The notes under the pieces were generated by a model that was not told the origin of the DNA, made no database searches, and saw only the letters and a list, made by a program, of their open reading frames with translations. This document shows, piece after piece, positions 1-9,310 of a DNA stretch of 21,884 nt. Each line of letters starts with the position of its first letter. Position 1 is the first letter of the stretch. The position numbers and the translations under genes were made by a program. Source of the DNA: Azolla caroliniana (taxonomy: Eukaryota; Plantae; Polypodiophyta); the NCBI GenBank assembly GCA_043228905.1, contig JBHGNT010000516.1, positions 1-21,884 of the forward strand, in the 5' to 3' direction.

Positions 1-1
1 A

Positions 2-1368
2 GAGTTGTCGCAGATGGTGCGAGATCTCCAAATCGCACAGGCTTGGAGGGACAGCGGCGAACAATCTCGTGACCGAAGGCCGCCGGCGGGGCAACGGTGC
101 ATGTGGTGCGACACGGTCGGCCACATCCGGAAAGAATGCGCGGATTTCGCCGAGGCACTCAAGACCAACATGTTGTACCTCTAGAATGGGCGGGTGCACG
201 CGAGCGAGACCCGAAAAGCCCTAGAGTTGAATACGGGGCGCGGCGGAATGAAGCGGTTGATGGAAGAGGCTATGGCACGACATGCAGAGGCCGTTAACTA
301 CTCGGCGTCGGCGGGAATCCGGGTCGGGGGCGATGAGGCCCGGAAAGTGAAGGACTCTAGATTCTGGCCGCTGGTGCTAGAGGGTCTCTCCGGAGTACGA
401 CTGAAGAAGGATGAGGCAAACCGCGCGGAACAGCGGATCCGGGAGGTCACCAGATGGGACGACCCGGTGGAAGAAAAGACTCGCTTCGTGGCAGCCGCGT
501 GCCAGAACTACGAGGTTCTGGTAGAAGACAAGCGCACGGGAAAGGCCGGAGGGGGCGGCCCCTCGCAACGGTAGGAGACTCGGTTCGGACCGAAGCCGAA
601 TGAGGCCGCCAACGCTGGCGCACTGGAGAAGAAGAAGCAGGCTGGTTTCCGGCTGAGCACCGAAATCAAACGAACAACGAACCTGCGGAAGGTCCTGGAA
701 GAGAGAATTCTCGACAACAAGGTCGAGTTGTCGTTACGGGAGGTGCTGGGAATCGCCAAGAAGGAGTTCCACGACTCCATCGTGGACTTGGTGGAGCGGA
801 AGAGGCTCTCAACGGAGCCGGAACTGGAGAGGTAGGTGGAAGTGCGGACGACGCACTTAGAAGACACGGCCCTAGAGGATGAGTTGGCGGAAAGCCACTA
901 TGCGAAGCCGCATTGGGCTAGGGACACTACGAAAACCCCTGTTCGGATCGGCGACGTCCAGGAGCCGGTGGTGGCAATAGTAGACCACGGTTCGGAGATC
1001 AACCTGATGTCCATGGACTTCTATAAAAAGGGGAAATGGCTAATCAACACCAAGCACGGGTGGAAGATACGTGCGGTGATGCGCGCTACAGAGTAGTTGC
1101 TTGGTGCGTGCCTGAACATACGCGTGAAGATCAGCGACGTCGAGATAGATAGCATTTCTTCATGCAGGAGACTTCCTCACACCCGGTAATTCTCGGCGAA
1201 CCGTACATTACAGCAGCATGCATGGAGACGAAAGTACTGGACAATGGTTCGGTGTATGCACGCGTCAAGAGCCAAGACGGTCGGCATTCCCTCCAATTCA
1301 TGACAGTGCGACCCAACTGTGAGCAAAACCGCGAGACCCTCGGCAGCGACAGCCGAGGGGATTTTTAG
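2..1368 (+). pseudogene. gag-protease ORF of the gypsy element (disrupted)
   Basis: One frame carries the CCHC knuckle and ORFs 194-574 and 836-1096, broken by TAG at 182, 572, 833 and 1094. An apparent 1-nt deletion at ~1150 (GAT-[C]AG-CAT-TTC-TTC) moves it into ORF 1162-1368 (HPVILGEPY), which ends GAT TTT TAG. Confidence 0.85.
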
Positions 1369-1423
1369 AGAGGGCTATCAAGGCTTGGGGCCGCGATAGT
1401 CCGGACCCCCCGGAAGAACCCCA
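1359..1423 (+). promoter_or_regulatory. Candidate programmed -1 ribosomal frameshift signal (slippery G_GAU_UUU plus downstream stem/pseudoknot)
   Basis: Heptamer GGATTTT (1359-1365) lies directly before the TAG of gag-pro, followed by a 6-nt spacer and an 8-bp stem GGGCTATC (1372-1379) / GATAGTCC (1395-1402). Loop TGGGG (1386-1390) can pair with CCCCA (1419-1423). The RT ORF is in the -1 frame. Confidence 0.65.
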
Positions 1424-2306
1424 CACATGTATCATAGGTAGGAAATTTTGGCTCTTTGAAAACGGAGGTTGTACGATAACCGGCATAGCTGGCCGGGAAA
1501 AGAAGCGAGCGGAGGAATGACTTCGGGCATGTGGAATCCTCGGCCCTGAAGAGGAAATCAATGGAGTCGTGGAGGCAATCTCTTTCGACGACACCTTGGG
1601 AAGGTTACGGGAGGTGCTCAGAGAAGGCCTTAGCGAGGACCGGACGATTCCGGTATGTTCGGAAGAGATGTACAAAGTCATCGCTGACTTCGGTAATGGA
1701 CTCGAGTCGAATCGGATGGCCCGAGTGGATACGAAGTACAAGACTGTGGACCGGAAGGTGAGGCCAGTCGCGGCACCCTTGCTGGAGGGCAGCGAGTTAC
1801 GGATAAAAGGGGTCGCGTCGGACCCAAGTTTACGAGATCTGGCCAACATAGGACACACGTTCACCGACATAACGCTACGGGAGCTCAAGATCGGTGGGGG
1901 TGGCTTCCTACTACTAGCGGAAGAAGACCGGTTTCGGAGAATGCTCGGAAGGCACGGGAAGGCCTTCGCATTCTTGCCGGAGGAGATCGGGTGCGTAGAC
2001 CCGACGATCGTCGAGTCAATGGTGATCTTCATAGTACCGCATGTGCCGTGGAATCTCAAACCGATTCCAGTGCCCAGAGCTCACATCCCGATGTTGATGG
2101 AGCTACTGAAGCAGAAGGTGGATATGGGCATCCTCGAACCGTCAAGTGCCCCATACTCGAATCGGTGGTTCACTTTACCAAAGAAGAACGGCACGTTGCG
2201 CTTCATACAGGACCTGCAACCGGTCAACAAGGTGACCATCCATAACGTAGGGATCAAGCCGACCATAAACGAGTTTGTGGAGGCCTTCGCCGGAAGGTCG
2301 ATCTAT
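1359..2306 (+). pseudogene. Reverse transcriptase ORF (N-terminal part), truncated after AGRSIY
   Basis: The frame is open from 1359 except for one TGA at 1518-1520 and continues as ORF 1569. RT homology stops at ...FVEAFAGRSIY, before the expected DLxxGY motif. The Ser/Gly tail of the ORF is antisense read-through of the neighbouring element. Confidence 0.88.
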
Positions 2307-2935
2307 TGGAACGACATATCGTCGTCTGGTGTCGGTATGCGGGCTGGTGGTGTCGGTGGTCTTTCCTCCTCCTCTATCGGTGTCGGAGGTCTTTCCTCCT
2401 CCTCTATCGGTGTCGGAGGTCTTTCCTGCTCCTCTTTCGGTGTTGGAGTCCTCTCCTCCTCGACTTTCGGTGTCGGAGATCTCTCTTCCTCAACTTCTGG
2501 TTCCGGAGTGTGCTCAACTTTCAGTGCCGGAGGTTCCAGCCTTGTCAATTCTGGTTCCGGTGTCGGCAAGGTATCTGACTCCTCGTCCTCTGGTCCGTCT
2601 GGGGTGTCGTTACTACTGCGGTAGTTCGTATGTGCGCTGTATTCCCCTTCCGAACCCGATTCAAAAGCCAAAAATGCTTCGGATTCGCCTTCGCCCGCTG
2701 CCAATGCCTGGAGAAGGGTTTCTGCTTCCCAAAGGCTGCTTAGGCTGCTTCCTTCGTCCGGGTAGTCGTTTTGTTGTAAACGAAGTGACTCCTTGGCCAA
2801 ACTCCGGATCACCTTGGAAAATGAGCAATCCGCTCTGATTTCATCTGTCGCTTGTTGGAAAGCCTCTCGCTTCCTCAGCCGTTCAACAAGTCTCCTTGCT
2901 CGCTCCGTAACCGGGTCATTCGTTGGTCTAGTCAT
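2303..2935 (-). CDS. Gag-like N-terminal ORF (210 aa, acidic/Pro-rich repeats) of a minus-strand LTR element, cut at the 2306 junction
   Basis: The ATG lies ~40 bp downstream of a PBS and LTR. The frame is uninterrupted and has PTPIEEEERP repeats. The gag identity is inferred from position, not from a recognised motif. Confidence 0.6.
   Translation of the reverse strand: MTRPTNDPVTERARRLVERLRKREAFQQATDEIRADCSFSKVIRSLAKESLRLQQNDYPDEGSSLSSLWEAETLLQALAAGEGESEAFLAFESGSEGEYSAHTNYRSSNDTPDGPEDEESDTLPTPEPELTRLEPPALKVEHTPEPEVEEERSPTPKVEEERTPTPKEEQERPPTPIEEEERPPTPIEEEERPPTPPARIPTPDDDMSFQ
2349..2498. repeat. 30-bp tandem repeat, 5 copies (coding minisatellite)
   Basis: GGTGT(C/T)GG... units start at 2349, 2379, 2409, 2439 and 2469 and encode (I/E/V)EEE(E)RPPTP-like decapeptides on the minus strand. 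Confidence 0.93.
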
Positions 2936-2973
2936 CCATTCCCGCCGTTGTTCGTTGCGATTGTGTAGGAATC

Positions 2974-2983
2974 GTGGTCGCCA
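2974..2983 (-). promoter_or_regulatory. Primer binding site, tRNA-Arg type
   Basis: Minus strand reads ...CA GTTTT TGGCGACCAC. From recall this is complementary to the 3' end GUGGUCGCCA of plant tRNA-Arg(UCG). Confidence 0.7.
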
Positions 2984-2988
2984 AAAAC

Positions 2989-3433
2989 TGTGTTATTCCT
3001 TAGGGCCGGACAATGGCCTAACACATGGTGTCTACGGAAGACACTTCACCAAAGGGGTGCTATGGCGAGATAACTTAAGACTCAACAATTAATCAGGCTT
3101 TACTTGGTTACTTAGCAATATGGCATTAGACTTGATACACACGTATGATAGAACAATTAGCACAGAACGGTAATCAACACTTAAAGATAAAACAAGAAGC
3201 TCTATTAATTATCCGTCCCCGTTTTACATTGTAACCAGGCCTTTATATAGGTCACCGGTGCTGAGTACAAAACGGTGCCAACCAGCACCTGTTCGGAACC
3301 GGTTCGGATCCGGATCGGCATACCGATTCCGGTCCGTCCATTCACGTTGCATAAACTACTTAATTATAATAGATTCCAAATATACAATCCCTTTCACATT
3401 CTAGTCTTTAACTCCTTTGTCGGTTGGGTAACA
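2989..3433 (-). mobile_element. 5' LTR (~445 bp) of the minus-strand gypsy-type element, inserted into copia pol
   Basis: TG...CA ends with inverted TGTTA (2991) / TAACA (3429-3433), adjacent PBS, and a minus-strand TATA box CCTATATAAAG (~3241-3251). Copia coding homology stops exactly at 3434. Confidence 0.8.
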
Positions 3434-3964
3434 GACTCGTTTCGACTCGAATGTTGGAAGTCCGATGATGACTCCCTTGGTTTGCATCGCTTGTAGCTGT
3501 TGGAGGTTTATGTGGCCGATTCTCTTGTGCCACAACTCGATGCTTGTCTCGGTTTTGAGACCTTTGGCATACATTGCCGATTTTACCTTGTTTGAATCGA
3601 GAATGAACATTCGGCCGTCTCTCCGCCCCTTCGCTATGAGTCGGCCATCTTTGCAACCTTCTTTGTTGAAGCGAACTTCCATTCCTTGCTCCACGATTTG
3701 GCCTACCGAGACCAAATTCTTCGTTATCATGGGCACATGCAAGACATTCTTGATGCAATTGTTCTTGCCATCGTTGCCGAATGGAATGTTGCCGATGTGC
3801 CGAATGGGATGCGTGGTGTTGTCTCCCGTCTCTAAGTTATTGAACCACTCTTCGTGAGATGTCATGTGATGTGAGGCGCCGGAGTCGACGAACCACACGT
3901 CTTCCGAGTTGGAGGTGCTTGCGGAGTCGTAGGCCGTCATAGAGTTCGCTCTATGCCTCATTAT

Positions 3965-4107
3965 GAATAGTCCGCCAGATCACCGTAGTCAGAATTCGTG
4001 GCATAATTTGTAAACATTTCACTACGATCGTCGTAGTCGGAATTCGACGCGTGATTCGTGAACATTCCGCTACGGTTGTCGTGGTCGGAGTTCGATGCGT
4101 AGTTTGT
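3965..4107 (-). repeat. 48-bp tandem repeat x3 between zinc knuckle and protease
   Basis: Units start (minus strand) at 4107, 4059 and 4011 and encode TNYASNSDHDNRSGMF / TNHASNSDYDDRSEMF / TNYATNSDYGD. Confidence 0.85.
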
Positions 4108-4491
4108 GAGGTGTGGACTTGTTGAAGCCGACTCACTTCTCTTTTTTTGACACTCTGCCTCGTAGTGGCCGATTTTGCCGCAATAATTGCAAGTTGCGGG
4201 CCTCGTTTGTAGACCATGTTCGGCGTGGAAGCTCCCCCTTCTTCCGAATGTTCCTCGATGGCTTCCGTGAAGCTATGCGTTCCCTTCGTGTGATGGGTCG
4301 AATTGACCTCTTCTACCGCCGTGACCTCCTCCTCGGCCACCATCCGAATTCAAGAAGAACATTTGTCCTTCTGACGTCTTGCTTTTGGTTCGGATGTGGT
4401 TCTCTTCGACTAATAGCATTGATTGGAGGTCGAAGAATGAAGGAGGGTTTTCTCTCGCCAAGATTGCCGTCCGTAATGGATCGAATCAATG

Positions 4492-4650
4492 CACCCCCCC
4501 ACCCACCAAAAACCCAATGTAATTTTCCCTAATGATAATTACATGTTTCATCTCTCTCTCTCTCTCTCTCTCCTCCTTTTCTAATTATGTTTTTACTTAT
4601 GTTTTATCTCTCCCTCCCCCTTTTAATTATGTTTTAATCTCGGCGGTGTA
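4492..4650. other. ~160-bp low-complexity insertion (filler DNA) replacing part of copia gag
   Basis: Pyrimidine-rich block with (TC)n and repeated TAATTATGTTTT (4582, 4624), lying between gag ...KIKSICD and FDPLRTAILAREN. Its edge duplicates adjacent gag sequence. Confidence 0.75.
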
Positions 4651-5206
4651 GTCGCAAATGCTCTTGATCTTGGCGGTGTAGTCACTAACATGTCTTTTTG
4701 TTGAATGTTGTTCAACTCTTGTCGGAGTTGAAGCTTTCGGGCGGTCATGTTGGCGGCGAACATTTTCTTTAAGTTCTGTCACGCCTCTTTGGACGTCTCG
4801 GCATCTCGAATGTGGCTAAGCTTGTGGTCGTGGACACATGTTGCCAAGCAATACATGACTCAACTCGCCGCTTGCTCCCATGTTGCATAGTCGGCATTTT
4901 TCGAGTTGGGACGATTTTCTTGTGCGTCGTTAATGTAGCTCCAATACCCTTGGCCGACGAGGTATTGGGTCATCTTGTACTCCCAAGATGAATAATTGCT
5001 TTGGTGTAGCTTTTCGCTAGGGAGCGAGCTACCCATTTGTGTGTTCATGTTGATTGTGTCTTCTCTTCTTTTGTTTTTCTTCCTTCGATCACATGTATGT
5101 GCTACATAGCGGCACTACGGTAGCGAATGGCCGGAATTTGTCGTCAGCGTTTCGAACACACAATTACAAAGAGTTGGGTGGGCTTAGTGGATGTGCTAAA
5201 CCACAC

Positions 5207-5218
5207 GCTTTGATACCA
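5207..5218 (-). promoter_or_regulatory. Primer binding site, initiator tRNA-Met
   Basis: Minus strand TGGTATCAAAGC immediately after the LTR end CA. Confidence 0.88.
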
Positions 5219-5323
5219 TGTTAAGAATTAGGTAAGTAATTAAGCAAGGATTAATTAGTACCTAATTATGTGATTAATTGATAAACGGAAGATTAAGTGA
5301 TATGTGTGTGTATGTGTGTGAGA

Positions 5324-5363
<40 letters not shown>

Positions 5364-5684
5364 CATATATGAACAACACAAGATGGGGGATGAGTTAGTA
5401 TATTAAATTAGCATTATCATCATCATCAAATACAAAAATACCTACAGTGAGGTATATATAGATCTCATGTGCAAGGCTGCACATGTGTGAGGAGATTATA
5501 GGTACAACCGTGTAAGTCCTATATTAAATGACCTTGGGAGTGGAGGATCTAGAATATCCTACTTAAGTACAAGGTCCTATTTATGTCGTTATAGTCAACA
5601 CTTTTAACTAGATTCTATCTAAGTAACTACGAAGTTACATGGTTGACTAACTAACTAAACTAAGTTGAGCTTGATCTCTCAACA
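5219..5684 (-). mobile_element. 5' LTR of copia element 1 (~466 bp)
   Basis: Termini TGTTAAGA...TCTCAACA (7/8 inverted match), abutting the PBS. Contains a TATA-like tract at ~5453-5461 and (GA)n at ~5328-5360. Confidence 0.82.
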
Positions 5685-6072
5685 CCATGTTTTTATGTTG
5701 ACAATGGTTAAGCCTTTTCATTCATTTTGTTATCCAAAAGCCTTGCTCCTACTGTGAAGGACAAATCGTGGAGATTGGTTGGGTCACTTATCTCTATTGA
5801 GGATTTCATTGAGGATCTCTGCGACCACTTATTAAACGTCATGGAGGTGATCTCATACTAATAACACAACGCCGACAACAAACCTATGTCATAGAGGGAA
5901 AACAACAAGCATCTCCATCACTATGCAACAGCTTAGAGGTGACTTTGACCTAATAATGCAAAGCCGGCCACGACCCTATGTCATATAGGTAAAAAAACAA
6001 GCATCTCCATAGCTCACAAAATTATTTAAAGAACATAGTACATGTCATCTAGCACAATTGATGCTAGAACCT

Positions 6073-6887
6073 TGTAAATATTTATGTGGGTAATTATGTA
6101 CTGCAAAAGTAGAGTAGAGTTGTGTGTGTATGAAACAAGCGAGAAGAGAGACACAAGACAAAAAAACTAAAAATTGTATATTCACAAGAACAAGAATGAC
6201 AACCAACCGTTACAAAGGGAGAGAGGAGGGTGCTTATAAGGTCACCTTCTCTCTACATTCTCTCAATAAAACGCACTCTCAGGAAAGGGGGAAAACTTTA
6301 ACTAACTCATTAACTGATGTGTCATAGGAGTTACATTCTATGGCACATAGCTATGTTACAAAGTGGTGGTGTATTCACATCCATTACCTACTTAGGTGTG
6401 TTCACACTTTAGTTGAGTTTGATTGTCAACACGCCCCTCCAAGCTCAACTTGGTGTAAGTCGGCTTTCAGCTTTGGTGTAGGCTTTGGCCTTGATGTCTA
6501 GCTTTCGGATTCGGTTTGCTCCCATTTCAGCTCCGTTGGTGTCTGACTTTCATCTACTAGTATCCGGTCAACTCTATTAATGTCTGACATTCGGCTTTGC
6601 CCCCCCTCAAGCTCGGCAAGTCAGAAGTCAAAAGACTAAGCTCCGACAAGAATTGTCGAAGCTTGTCGACCCCTAGGGCTTTCATAAAGATGTCAGTCGC
6701 ATGAAGATTTGTGATGATGTGATGAAGGCCGACATCGCCCGCAAAGACACGTTCTCGGATGAAGTGGTAGTGCACCTCGATGTGCTTCATCCAAGCATGG
6801 AAAACTAGGTTTGAAGCAAGATGAATACTGTTGAGATTGTTGTAGTAGATCAAGATTGGGTCGTTGATGGAGGGAGACGCCTAAATC
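6073..6887 (-). mobile_element. Ty1/copia retrotransposon 2, 3' end (RNase H C-terminus, PPT, 3' LTR)
   Basis: RNase H motifs, then a PPT (minus GAGCTTGGAGGGGCG, 6432-6446) followed by TGTTGACA at 6431. LTR ~6073-6431, with the left edge (TGTAAA) uncertain. Confidence 0.8.
6557..6887 (-). pseudogene. copia RNase H C-terminal fragment
   Basis: IHLASNLVFHAWMKHIEVHYHFIRERV...DIFMKAL matches the copia NPVFHARTKHIEVHYHFIRE...ADIFTKAL motif, preceded by DLGVS..INDPILIY. Confidence 0.92.
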
Positions 6888-9310
6888 TTTTTTTTAAAGT
6901 CAAGATCCACCTTGGTATTAATGAAAAGATGCCCAAAGGCCACAAAGGATCAATCAATATGTGTAGTAGCGAAGCCCTCATGCAAGGTCCTTCCAAGACG
7001 GGGGGGTAGAAAAAGCCATCTTGGTGGAGCATATCTCCACTTTATTCTCTCCCCATAAAAGGTGAAGAACTCTGCATTTTTCCAAATTTCTTGAAAATGT
7101 TGTTGCTTACGAAACACAACATCATGCTCACTAGGCATTGCCTCATATTGACCTCTTAGAGTATGCAAGAGCATCAACCATATCTCCTTGACTAACTCAA
7201 CCGCATTTGGTTTGACTTTCTGAAATACACGCTTACATCTTGCCTTCCATAATACCCAAACTACTAAAGTAGATATCGTAGACCAAACCTTGTCCTCTTC
7301 CAAACAATGGATTGGTGTAGTATAAGAGAACTCCAATACATGTCTTCCATCGGAGAGGAGAAGAAAATCAACATAGTCCCTTTCATAATTTTGTATTTCT
7401 TCAGCCAATCTTCCCCATCTCACAAAACCCCATATGTACACCTGTTTGCCATAAATAGGATACAAAATTCTCAACATTCTTTTCCATACTCCTCTAGCAA
7501 TAGGCCATACCCATAACACATGGTGAACCGTTTCATTGGGAAAACCACAATTGTCACATTTTAAGTCATGGTAATTCCCCCTCATCCATGACTTCATAGG
7601 AATGTTATAATGTACCAACAACCATCCAAATAAGACAACTTTTCTAGGAATTTGCATGGCCCATAGCCATTTCCAATAAGCAGTCAACCAAGAGTGTTGT
7701 ACATTACCTAATCTCCAAAATTTACACGTTGCTGGCATAACTACCACACACACATCTACTTAGCAATTTTCTACCCATTTTTACCGAGTACTGAATAAAT
7801 GGAATTTGCTTACCTAGCATGCTTTGTGCCGATATGCTTTGTCATTTCCATTCATTGGGATCCCACAAAAGGTTATCAATGGGCTTATTCTCGTAGACCC
7901 ACAATTCAAATAAATTGTTTATATCATTTGGATGTGGATTCAACATCCATTTTTTATCATTCTTCCACAATATATGAACAGGCAACGTACTCCCTTGGGT
8001 TACAACTTCATCTTCCATAAGGATAGAATGAAGCGTTCAGAACACAAAACATCGAAATAAAGACATTCATGACAGTTTTTATAACCCCTGACCCCCGACA
8101 AGACATGTAAAGATGAAAACATACCATACCAAAATAGACTAATTTGAGAAGGTTGAAAGGAAGACATCATAAACACTCTATCGATTTCTGCATATATAAT
8201 GTTCCCACCCCATATTGTGCGACAAACATGGGTTTTGTTTTCCATCGTTGAAGAAGAAAAATTCAGCCAATTCCTTACTGATTTAGCTTCTCCTCTATCA
8301 AAATCAGCCCATTTCAACCTAGTTCTTTTCCCTAACATTACCCAGGCCTCCTCTGATAGAAATAATGGGTTCATTATGAGGGGTTGGCGCAACCATTCCT
8401 CCATACATGATGGTAGAGATTAGATCAAGTTAGTTTCAAATCCCACCTTGCATGACTTCATGATACCCCTAAAAACTTATCTTGGCGAAAAATATCAATG
8501 GAATGATTAAAATCTCTTAGAAACTACCATCTAATACTACCTTGACATTTGCCACCTGTAGAAGGCATAACCTTAAGCATTAATTTTTTTCCATGGCACC
8601 CCACATGGCAACAAGCCCCTTATAATTAATTTTCCCAAAAAAGCCTTACATTGTAATAGAGGATCAATCAATCCAAGACTACCCTCGTCCTTTGGAGTTG
8701 TAATAACTTTCCAAGATACTTTGACTCTCACATATGAACAATCTTTAGATCCCCAAAGGAAATTTCTAATAAGCCTTTTTACTTGTGATAAAGTTGAACG
8801 TGAGCGCAACCTAGCCAACAAAATGTACCACATGGAAGCCAACAATACTTTATTGGCAACAACCACCCTCCCTAGCAATGACAATTTAGCAATATTCCAA
8901 TATAACAATTTCTTCCTTACAGCAAACAACAAAGGAGCTACATGATCTTCTGGCGAAAGATTAATACCTACCTGACATCCCAAGTATCTTACAAGTTTAC
9001 TATGTGGAATCCACTGAAACCCTTCATGTGGATACCACGAGGGTTTTCTGTGGTACTTACCCAGAACCCCACCGACTTATTCCAATTAATAACATTTCCA
9101 GAAGCATAGCAAAATCTATCAATAACTCGTTGTACTCTACACAGATTATCGTGAGAACCTTGCAAATACAAGGTTGTATCATCAACAAATTGACAATCCA
9201 CAATTTGCTCCTCTAACCAAGGCCATAGTAGTCCTTTTATATTCACGACATTACTTATGAAAACTACTAAAAGCTTCTCCAATCATCAAATATAAAAAAG
9301 GAGCTAATGC
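6888..9310 (-). mobile_element. L1-type LINE (non-LTR retrotransposon), 5'-truncated and degenerate ORF2 (RT C-terminal half plus zf-RVT)
   Basis: LAPFLYL (~9305), QFVDDT, INWNKS, RYLGCQVG, GRVVVANKVLLASMWY, PKDEGSLG and CDNCGFPNETVHHVLW. A-tail seen as a T run at 6888-6895 abutting copia RNase H. Confidence 0.93.

Larger units (their letters stand above)
1..2306 (+). mobile_element. Ty3/gypsy LTR retrotransposon internal fragment (gag C-terminus, aspartic protease, N-terminal RT), degenerate, truncated at ~2306
   Basis: Domain order is zinc knuckle CMWCDTVGHIRKEC (98-139), protease AIVDHGSEINLMS (~974-1012), then RT N-terminus GILEPSSAPYSNRWFTLPKKNGTLRFIQDLQPVNKVT. RT directly after protease is the gypsy order. 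GC-rich relative to the rest of the window. Confidence 0.92.
3434..5048 (-). pseudogene. copia gag-pol polyprotein fragment (frameshifts, stops, insertion)
   Basis: Pieces in ORFs 4860-5048, 4273-4461 (ARENPPSFFDLQSMLLVEEN) and 3401-3961. Ends at GLPTFESKRV, just before the integrase zinc-binding cysteines. Confidence 0.9.
3434..5684 (-). mobile_element. Ty1/copia retrotransposon 1, 5' half (LTR, PBS, gag, protease, GAG-pre-integrase)
   Basis: LTR 5219-5684, Met PBS, gag EKLHQSNYSSW, knuckle CNYCGKIGHYEAEC (4150-4191), protease WFVDSGASHHMT and pre-integrase LWHKRIGHIN. Confidence 0.93.

Noticed and set aside
1298-2059. 253-aa minus-strand ORF (also 508-867)
   Set aside because: Antisense shadow of GC-rich gypsy coding sequence, with no motifs.
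2349-2498. 30-bp repeats as a CRISPR array
   Set aside because: Head-to-tail units without unique spacers, in a eukaryotic context with no cas genes.
2307-2624. Ser/Gly-rich C-terminal tail of ORF 1569-2624 as a novel RT fusion domain
   Set aside because: It is the antisense reading of the 30-bp repeat ORF across the rearrangement junction.
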